NCBI GenBank assembly: GCA_050633305.1
Contig: JBOEGF010000081.1
Span: 1 to 11,428, forward strand
Length of the DNA stretch: 11,428 nucleotides
From: Nannocystales bacterium
GTDB lineage: Bacteria > Myxococcota_A > Polyangia > Nannocystales > Nannocystaceae
Reading direction: 5' to 3'
The notes under the pieces were generated by a model. It was not told where the DNA came from and ran no database searches. It was given only the letters and a program-made list of their open reading frames with translations. Shown in pieces: positions 1-6,762 of the stretch. Each line of letters begins with the position of its first letter. The stretch's first letter is position 1. The position numbers were made by a program, and so were the translations under genes.

Positions 1-47
1 GGCGCCGTCGGCCGGGTTGGGCGGATAACGCATCCGGTTTGATAGTT

Positions 48-1079
48 CTACTTCGTCAGCTCGGCGTTCGCGTCACTCAAGGGCAGGGAGACGTCGATTG
101 GACGCGCATCGTCGGGGATGAAACGTCCATACAAGACGGGTTCTGCCTTCGCTGTCGAGCCGCCGATCGGGACCGAATACTGAAGCAGGCCTCTCTGTTC
201 CCAATGAAGCTCCGAGCCTGGATGTTCCTGCGCACTCAGGTCCGCAATGCGCACCAGAGCATCCGCCTCAGAGAGTTCGGCGACGAGTGAGGTGCCCGCG
301 CCCTGAAGGTCGACAGAGGTGAGCTGCATGGTTCGGATGTCGCCGTTCCATCCGATGACAATCTCGACGGCCGAAGCAGGGATCGGAAGCCCAGCGTAGG
401 TCGGGGCGAACGAGAAGCGGTGGGACCGGACCTCGGCGCGGCATTCTGGTGTCTCCTCCGTGCAGTGCTCCTCATGAGTCCCCCTCGTGACGAACATGAG
501 CTGATGCGTAGCGTTGTTCGCCAAATCGAGTGCTTGGAGGTTCGCGAGGACATCGAGGGCCATCGTCTCGGCCACGGTCCACCCGATTGCATCGGCAGCA
601 ACCGGAGCGGAGAGCTCGGTGACCCGCTTTATGGTCAGGCGTTTGCTGTCGGCGTCGTACCGGGCCTCGGTTTGTGAGGTCCGAAGCAGGAACGCTGACA
701 AATCCGCGCCTTCAGAGGCATCCGTGGCCCAGCGCAAGAGGCCGTCTTCAGTCGAAGCGGCGGGGTCGAAGACGCAGGCTGCAGCGAACGTTCGACTTGC
801 GAGTTCGAGGGGGCTCTCACGGGGGTGGTCAGCTCGTAGTAGGGGTAGCTCAGATCCGACCTCTACCGGACGGACATGCGCCGTCGAGCTTGGAGCGGTC
901 GGCTTCCTGACGAGCTGGAAGGCTTCGTCGCAGTTGTCGAAGGCCTCTGTGGTGCTGGGTCCGCAGGCCGCCCCTGGGAAAGCGAGCATTGATGCAAGGG
1001 CGAACTCCTGAGTGCGACCGCTGCGAGGAGAGGGCCTTCTTCCCGCGAGGGCGGTGGTTGTGTGTCCTGGACGGCGCAT
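48..1079 (-). CDS. Putative lipoprotein with FTP/PepSY (propeptide-like) motifs; paralog of the N-terminal domain of 1088-2692
   Basis: The ORF track starts at 1190, overlapping the upstream gene. The ATG at 1079 lies 8 nt after the upstream TAA (1088-1090) and is preferred. Hydrophobic stretch plus Cys: FALASMLAFPGAA-C. FTP-like motif HRFSFAPTYAGLPIPASAVEIVIGWNGDI followed by PepSY-like LSEADAL. Confidence 0.8.
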   Translation of the reverse strand: MRRPGHTTTALAGRRPSPRSGRTQEFALASMLAFPGAACGPSTTEAFDNCDEAFQLVRKPTAPSSTAHVRPVEVGSELPLLRADHPRESPLELASRTFAAACVFDPAASTEDGLLRWATDASEGADLSAFLLRTSQTEARYDADSKRLTIKRVTELSAPVAADAIGWTVAETMALDVLANLQALDLANNATHQLMFVTRGTHEEHCTEETPECRAEVRSHRFSFAPTYAGLPIPASAVEIVIGWNGDIRTMQLTSVDLQGAGTSLVAELSEADALVRIADLSAQEHPGSELHWEQRGLLQYSVPIGGSTAKAEPVLYGRFIPDDARPIDVSLPLSDANAELTK

Positions 1080-1087
1080 CGAAACCG

Positions 1088-2692
1088 TTAGTCGCACGAG
1101 GAGGGGGAGAACCCTGTGTCGCGCAGGAACTCGGTTGCGGTGCATGAGGTTGGGCTGGCGCAATCGCTGGCGTCGTTGCACTCGCCGCAAACGCCAATCT
1201 CCGTCCCTTCAGGGAAAGTGAACGTTGAGCAGCGTGCACTCGCGCAGTCACCGTCTTGGTCGCATATTTCTCCGAGCCCGCGTGTTGACGGTGCGGCGCA
1301 TTCGCGATGCGCAGTTTGCTCTGAGAAGCTAAATGAGACGCCGCAGACCTCGCCTGTCTCGCAGTCGTTGGACGAGTCGCACTCGCTGCATGAGCGCAAC
1401 GTGTAGCCGAGGGCGATCGCTGCGATATCGGCACAAGTATAGCCGGGCTTGCACGCGCCGTCGGTCTCGCATCCCGAGCCGAGTTGGCCCTCTCCGCAGG
1501 AGGATGGTTTTGGTGGGGTCGAGAGGATGCCGGGAGGTGTACAGCCGAGCTGGCAGTCAGCGTCGCTGTCGCAAGCGCCGCAGATACCTGGTGTGCCAAT
1601 CAAGGCGAAGCAGTTCTCAGATTTGCAGTCGCTATCGACGGTGCAAGCCTCTCCGTCCTGTCGCAGCCGGGGGGTACGAGAGGCCGGGGGAAGGAACGCG
1701 AAGGCAGGGTCTTGTTCGTCCAGCGAGATCGCGGCAACTCGGGCTCGAGTTACGTGCGAAGGCGTCTTGAAAACGACCTTGGCCTTGGAGAGTGGTGCCA
1801 TCGAGGCTACGAGAGCATCTGCGGGGAGGAAGTAGCCGGTTTGGCGGTCCGAGAGGACTGTTTCGAGAACGGTCATGCCGGCGGGGACGGAGCTTTCGGC
1901 CTGCGTCCCCATCAGGGTGAAGGCGTCCGAATCTGAAATGAGGGTCCGGAGCTCTCCGGTCGAGAAGGCGTCGATCTCCTGGACGCGAACTCCCTTGACG
2001 TTGCCATTCCGAGTCACGGTGACCCCGACCAGCGTGTTGAGCAGGGGGATGTCGCTGACGGTGCGGTAGTAGTACGGCGTGTAGTCGCTGACGGTCGAGT
2101 ATCGCTCCTTCTTTTCGACGTCGGCGAGTGTTCGTCGTGATGCCCTCACTCCTCCGAGGGCATAGGGGCCGGCGTCGATGTGGCCGTTCGATTCTAGGCT
2201 GGAGAGGATACCTGCCGCGATGGTCGATGCCGCGTCTTTGCCGATGCCCATTTGCAGAGGTGAGTTTGCGGGGAAGGAAAGCAGTTCGTCCGAGCCGGGT
2301 CGTTTGAGCGCGGTGTTGGTGACGAGAAGCTCGTCAAAATACTGAACGTAGCTGGCACGGATGTACGGGAATCCTGAGAACGGCGCTGCGATGTGGCGCT
2401 CGAACTCGCCTTTTCGAAGAGCGTCTTCAGCCCAGGATTGAGCTTCGGAGGCCGGCAGGCTCGTGCCCGAGAGCGTTTCTGCGACTCCCAGCATGTGCTC
2501 CGCAAGCTGGACCGCCGTTCGTTCCTTCCGGTGTAGCTCGAGCATTGGAACAGGTGTCCCCGCCGGGAGGGGGCGGAGCGAGGCTCGCTTTGTTTCCGAA
2601 GTGGCGCGTTTGGGTTTGGCTTGGTCTCCGCAGCCGAACTGCAGAGCCAGTGTTGCGCAGAGAAGACGCGCGATCGATTGGAGCTTGGTCAT
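1088..2692 (-). CDS. Lipoprotein: FTP/PepSY-like N-terminal domain plus C-terminal Cys-rich repeats
   Basis: 534-aa ORF. Signal and lipobox MTKLQSIARLLCATLALQFG-C. Motifs YYYRTVSDIPLLNTLVGVTVTRNGNV and ISDSDAF. C-terminal tail has 24 Cys with CxxDxDC-type motifs. Starts 20 nt after the upstream stop, with a purine-rich leader (AAGGA/AGGGA). Confidence 0.88.
   Translation of the reverse strand: MTKLQSIARLLCATLALQFGCGDQAKPKRATSETKRASLRPLPAGTPVPMLELHRKERTAVQLAEHMLGVAETLSGTSLPASEAQSWAEDALRKGEFERHIAAPFSGFPYIRASYVQYFDELLVTNTALKRPGSDELLSFPANSPLQMGIGKDAASTIAAGILSSLESNGHIDAGPYALGGVRASRRTLADVEKKERYSTVSDYTPYYYRTVSDIPLLNTLVGVTVTRNGNVKGVRVQEIDAFSTGELRTLISDSDAFTLMGTQAESSVPAGMTVLETVLSDRQTGYFLPADALVASMAPLSKAKVVFKTPSHVTRARVAAISLDEQDPAFAFLPPASRTPRLRQDGEACTVDSDCKSENCFALIGTPGICGACDSDADCQLGCTPPGILSTPPKPSSCGEGQLGSGCETDGACKPGYTCADIAAIALGYTLRSCSECDSSNDCETGEVCGVSFSFSEQTAHRECAAPSTRGLGEICDQDGDCASARCSTFTFPEGTEIGVCGECNDASDCASPTSCTATEFLRDTGFSPSSCD
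1091..1654 (-). repeat. Three tandem 8-Cys protein repeats (CxxDxDC-type disulfide modules)
   Basis: Units start GEACTVDSDCKSENC..., GSGCETDGACKPGYTC..., GEICDQDGDCASARC..., each followed by C-x2-C-x5-C (CGACDSDADC, CSECDSSNDC, CGECNDASDC). 24 Cys counted = 3 x 8. Confidence 0.85.
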
Positions 2693-2712
2693 GGCGGTCT
2701 TATCCCTAGTCC

Positions 2713-3681
2713 TTAATAGAAGTCGCAGCCGCTGGGGATCGGGTCGAATAGGTCGAAGGAAAACGTGTCATCGACGAGAAAAAAGCCGGTCGCGCCTCCT
2801 GGGGGGGGGAGCTTATGCATGGTGTAGAAGTTCGCGTCCGACGCTCGGTCTGTGACGGTTTCCGGGGACTCTCCTTGTATGCCTCGGGTGATCGTGATCG
2901 GCTGATTCCAGGAGCTATAGTCAGAGTTTATTTCCAGTGCGGTACGCCAAGCCATGTTGTTGTCGACTCCAGATCGCACGAGCCCCGCGAAATCCTCGAG
3001 TTCGTCATCTAGAATAGACGGGCTGTCCAGGAAGGCCAGGTGTTGCCAGGACGCGCTCTCGTCGAACGAAAGCTGCCAAGAGGTCCAAAGACCACTGTCA
3101 TGCCAATGCCCGGCGCCCACGCAGCTCGCTGCGTAGATCCCAATTCTCGTTTTTGCGCCGCCCAAGCGGCCGAGTTTGATGTGGTGGTGAAAAAGCGGAT
3201 TACATCCTGCATTGGGATTCCCTGGGTCGAGGATCGTGTAGGCTAGGGCCGGACCGGCGGGTGTGCTGGAACCACCATGGCCGGCGAAAAGGAAGACCTC
3301 CGCGGAGTCGGCATACTGGTCGTCTTGGCCCTGGACGTTGCCGAACATCTCGGTCGACTCCGCCACGTGGGATGGGAGTGGGCAGTCTTCTCCGGCGAGG
3401 AGGCAATCACTCGAACCATCGTGTAGCCGCTCGCCGACAAACTTGGGCTTGATGCTCGTTTCGAAAAGGTGGGTGACTTCATCGACATCGCCCGAGAGGC
3501 AGTCGAAGTGGTCAAACCGTTCGCATTCCTGGATGTGATAGGTGAAGTCCGCATCCGTGTCCCCGTACCCAGTCGGGACGTCCCAGAGGAGGTCGTTGAC
3601 GTCGCATGCTGTGCAGCCGAGGATGCTCGCGGCGAAGACCATTCGTCGAAGCGCTTTTTGGCGGTGTGGAAGAGTTTTCAT
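2713..3681 (-). CDS. Putative lipoprotein cysteine peptidase, caspase/gingipain (clan CD) fold, DUF6345-like
   Basis: The ATG at 3681 (alternative 3642) gives a basic N-region and the lipobox-like MVFAASILGCTAC. DDQYADSAEVFLFAGHG (His codon 3277-3279) and RIGIYAASCVG (Cys codon 3121-3123): each putative catalytic residue follows a hydrophobic strand, 52 codons apart. The CDS is well supported; the family call is by motif recall. Confidence 0.75.
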   Translation of the reverse strand: MKTLPHRQKALRRMVFAASILGCTACDVNDLLWDVPTGYGDTDADFTYHIQECERFDHFDCLSGDVDEVTHLFETSIKPKFVGERLHDGSSDCLLAGEDCPLPSHVAESTEMFGNVQGQDDQYADSAEVFLFAGHGGSSTPAGPALAYTILDPGNPNAGCNPLFHHHIKLGRLGGAKTRIGIYAASCVGAGHWHDSGLWTSWQLSFDESASWQHLAFLDSPSILDDELEDFAGLVRSGVDNNMAWRTALEINSDYSSWNQPITITRGIQGESPETVTDRASDANFYTMHKLPPPGGATGFFLVDDTFSFDLFDPIPSGCDFY

Positions 3682-3742
3682 GGGAACAGACGCCGCAAAT
3701 TGCGGGAGGCACAGGGCAGCGGGCCGCCGCTTGTTGATCGTG

Positions 3743-3771
3743 AGGTTCAGTGCCGGGGCAGTGCCTGTCAA
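3743..3771 (-). promoter_or_regulatory. Candidate promoter for unit B
   Basis: Minus strand: TTGACA (3771-3766), 17 nt spacer, weak -10 GAACCT (3748-3743). The spacer carries the direct repeat GGCACTG-N4-GGCACTG. About 60 nt upstream of ATG 3681. Confidence 0.35.
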
Positions 3772-4094
3772 ACACTACCGTGGATCACGGACAGGGCTGC
3801 GCGCACCATGCCTGGGAGGCAGCGCCTGATTTAGGGAAGTTCAGATGGAGGAACGGCAATTTAGGTTGTCATCGAAAAGCCGAGGGGGAATCCCTCCCTT
3901 GTTCTTACGGGCCGGTTAAGCTCGCCGCTCGAAGGCGTCAGCCCTGGGTGGGTCCCGCCTTGCCCCAAGACTGATCGGTCATCGTGATCACCAGCGGATG
4001 AAGGGGGCCAGGCCGGATCGTGTAGAAATACACGCTAAGCGGCCTACGGAAGAAGGGTTACACCTGGGCCCGTCCTCTCTCTGCTTGGGGCGCC

Positions 4095-4922
4095 CTACTC
4101 CGTCACAGCACACATACAGGCTTCCTCATCCCCGTTTCCACATGTCACCAGGAATCTGTCGTCAAGACCCAACTCCACCCAGCGCTCACGAAACATCGGG
4201 CCGTCTAAGTCGGGGTTGTCAGAGAAAAACATGGTCAGGAAGGGAGGATTCGGGCCGAGCTTGTCAACCAAACCATCAACCGAACGAAGGCTTTGGTTTG
4301 ACGCCACCCCCAACGTGACCGCTGACTCCAGGACCGGAAACGCCTCGGCACCAAGTTCCGCAAGGGAGTCGTTTCCGATTCTGGTTTCGGGAGACCCGCA
4401 GTGCCCGATTGCCATCGTTCCGATTTCTTGCAAGGAATCGAACCGAAGCTCGGTGAGCTGGTGATTCCCAACGATCTCACTCTGGCTGGTGTTGTACCCA
4501 GACAGCTCGTCGATCTCACCGACAAGACTCTGAACCCCGAGCCCCTTCGTGCTCACGAGTTCCGCATTCCCCGAAAGCACCAACGACTCAGCAGCAACAA
4601 GATTTTCCAGCCCTGAGAGGTCGCGAAGCTCCGTCCGCTCGATCACCAGTCGGCCGCCAACCTCCTCCAGGCAGGCCAGAGCACCCAGAGATTTCACCCC
4701 TCCAGAGACCCTAAGCTCTCCCTCGATGCGACCGACCCCCTCCAGAGCCATCAGCGCCTCCTCGCTCGAGGCGCTCACATCTCCGGCCATGACGCCCGCA
4801 CACTCTTCGGGCTCGCCTCCATCCCCCTCGCCACCACCGCCCGTGGCTGTGCCAGGATCTTCCTGGCAAGCCAGGGACGAGAAGAAAATCGATCCTAGAA
4901 GAAGGGAGCGTTTTGTGGTCAT
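4095..4922 (-). CDS. Lipoprotein with receptor-L-domain-like / leucine-rich solenoid repeats
   Basis: Lipobox SLLLGSIFFSSLA-C, Gly/Glu-rich linker, then repeats LMALEGVGRIEGELRV, LGALACLEEVGGRLVI, LSGLENLVAAESLVLSGNAEL, LRFDSLQEIGTMAI, FPVLESAVTLGVASNQSL. RBS-like AGGAAGG upstream. Confidence 0.85.
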   Translation of the reverse strand: MTTKRSLLLGSIFFSSLACQEDPGTATGGGGEGDGGEPEECAGVMAGDVSASSEEALMALEGVGRIEGELRVSGGVKSLGALACLEEVGGRLVIERTELRDLSGLENLVAAESLVLSGNAELVSTKGLGVQSLVGEIDELSGYNTSQSEIVGNHQLTELRFDSLQEIGTMAIGHCGSPETRIGNDSLAELGAEAFPVLESAVTLGVASNQSLRSVDGLVDKLGPNPPFLTMFFSDNPDLDGPMFRERWVELGLDDRFLVTCGNGDEEACMCAVTE

Positions 4923-4955
4923 CGGAGCCTTCCTGAAATCCGCGAAGCCGGGGCG

Positions 4956-5390
4956 CTAGTCAGCATACTGCGAGCAGAAATTGTCGTCATTGTCGTCCAC
5001 GCCCTGGCACTTCGTCCCTTGGAGGTTGAACGTCACCGCACACTGCGTCTCTGTCAGGCACGGGTAGACGCAGTTGCCAATGCCGCCGATAGGCCGGCAG
5101 GCCTGCATATCGGGGATCGGGCACTCCGCGTCGGAGACGCAGCCGGGGCCGACCTGCGCGCAGCTTCCGGCGACGCATGCCCAGTTGTTCGGGTAGGCCC
5201 CCGGGCAGCTATCCAGCACGCAGCAGTCGGCGTTGGAGTTGCAGTTCTGCTCGCAGACCACGCCGTCATCCTGAGGAACCCCCTCGGTGCCGCCGGAGCC
5301 GAACGAGTCGTACGGCGTATCAACTCCAGAGGCGCCTCCGCACCCGGCAGCGAGTGCAAGGGCAAGCGAGAACAAAAAAGGCCTAGTCAT
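4956..5390 (-). CDS. Small Cys-rich lipoprotein
   Basis: Clear lipobox FLFSLALALAAG-C, followed by 15 more Cys in CxSxADC / CVSDAEC / CLTETQC modules. Start overlaps the upstream stop by 8 nt (ATGACTAG). Confidence 0.88.
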   Translation of the reverse strand: MTRPFLFSLALALAAGCGGASGVDTPYDSFGSGGTEGVPQDDGVVCEQNCNSNADCCVLDSCPGAYPNNWACVAGSCAQVGPGCVSDAECPIPDMQACRPIGGIGNCVYPCLTETQCAVTFNLQGTKCQGVDDNDDNFCSQYAD

Positions 5391-6762
5391 TCGTCTGCAC
5401 TCCGTTTTTCACCGCCACGTCAGCAAAGCGGTCCCGGTAGGGGTAAATCTCAGCGTGGGCAGGGTCATCGAGGTTGACCTGGAAGGCCAAGTAGATGTCG
5501 TTATTGGCCCCAAGCCCGGAGGCCTCAAAGATCTGCATGACCGTAAGGAACTCCGGCAGCGAACTCGACATCGCGAGCGACGGATCAGGATCCGCGACAA
5601 ACCCCCAAAACATGCGGAGCCAATCGATCTCTGTCGAGATCTGGCGTCCCAACAGATCGGGATCGTTGATCGGCGTGTTCCAATCCGCGGGGCACATGTC
5701 CTGCGTCCAACGAATCGCACCTCCGCTGCTTGCGGCACTACCGATCAGGTCGACCTGGTAGTCGTCCTCGTTCACGAGGTCGTTATAGGAGGGCTGATTT
5801 TCAACGATGATGTCCTTGTAATACTCGAACTGAGGCGGAGGAGCCGTCATGTAGACGTCGTTGAACGCAAGAGCTGCAACGAAGTGCGCAAACCCTTCCG
5901 CCATCGCTGCGGCAGAGAACTCCGCCGAGCGAATCCCGTGCAGGTCGTTGATCTGGGTAGTGTCAACGGCGTTGGCGAAGTCGCAGTCTGGGTCCTTGGC
6001 CTGAACTGGGTCGTCGTAGTCCCCTGAACTCTCATCTTCGTATCCGTAAGCCGTGCTGATCGTGTCATCGGTCCAGTTCTGCTGGTACCAGTGCCCGAAT
6101 TCGTGGGCGATGATGAATTTCCGTTCCCGAGCCAGAGGACCCAGCATCATGTGCGTTTTTGTCGCAAAAGCTCCAAGCTTCTTGTGTGCGAACGTCTCAC
6201 CACCATCCCCGTGAACGCGAAGCGAACGCTCCCCGAGCAGCCCTGCGTGCTGGTCCACGTTCTTGAAGATGGCCAGATTCCATCCGTGCATGTTCGCGAC
6301 CGGGCCCCCGATGGAAACGGGTTTATCAAGCCCAGCAAGCGGAACATTCGGGAGGTGGACGAGCCACGGTTCCATCTCATCGTCGAGCTCGGCGGTTTTT
6401 GTTGGGAATGTAGAAATGCGCACATTCCCCTCCACGCCGACGTAGCTGTCGGGGTAGACCAGCAGCTTCAGGCCACGCGTGTGGCGTGTTTTTGCTGTGA
6501 AGCACCCATTCGCGTTCAAGTACATGTCGCGAGCGCCTTCTGCATCCGGCGTCACGAGTCGAATGCGCGATCCGGCTGCTTCGACCTCTGAGATGACCCC
6601 GAGATTCCCGGTGTCGTTGTCGACCGCATCGACCTCGAGGACGACGCAGATTTCGACATCGTGGCAGGCTTCCGCCTCCCCACCGGTGAACATCGCCACA
6701 CAGAACGCGCCTACGGCGAACAGCCCCTGTCCCAGCTTCCATTTCATCGTCGTCATCCTCAT
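5383..6762 (-). CDS. Secreted zinc metallopeptidase (gluzincin-like)
   Basis: Sec signal ending GEAEA. IIAHEFGH (HExxH at 6105-6091) and downstream AMAEGFAHF (5898-5881), which matches the gluzincin third-ligand EGxA motif. ATGA overlap with the upstream gene at 6759-6762; in-frame ATGs a few codons downstream are alternative starts. Confidence 0.88.
   Translation of the reverse strand: MRMTTMKWKLGQGLFAVGAFCVAMFTGGEAEACHDVEICVVLEVDAVDNDTGNLGVISEVEAAGSRIRLVTPDAEGARDMYLNANGCFTAKTRHTRGLKLLVYPDSYVGVEGNVRISTFPTKTAELDDEMEPWLVHLPNVPLAGLDKPVSIGGPVANMHGWNLAIFKNVDQHAGLLGERSLRVHGDGGETFAHKKLGAFATKTHMMLGPLARERKFIIAHEFGHWYQQNWTDDTISTAYGYEDESSGDYDDPVQAKDPDCDFANAVDTTQINDLHGIRSAEFSAAAMAEGFAHFVAALAFNDVYMTAPPPQFEYYKDIIVENQPSYNDLVNEDDYQVDLIGSAASSGGAIRWTQDMCPADWNTPINDPDLLGRQISTEIDWLRMFWGFVADPDPSLAMSSSLPEFLTVMQIFEASGLGANNDIYLAFQVNLDDPAHAEIYPYRDRFADVAVKNGVQTND

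Noticed and set aside
2801..2809. G9 tract (C9 on the coding strand) as a programmed frameshift fusing the peptidase to the next gene
   Set aside because: The frame of the downstream gene has a TGA at 2770-2768, so no fusion is possible. The tract encodes Pro-Pro-Pro near the C-terminus, so slippage would alter only about 30 residues.
4005..4066. c-di-GMP-I riboswitch resemblance (GAAA loop, ACGCTAAGC, GGCCTA)
   Set aside because: No GGCAAA/GGYAA element, no credible P3 stem, and no downstream gene on the + strand.
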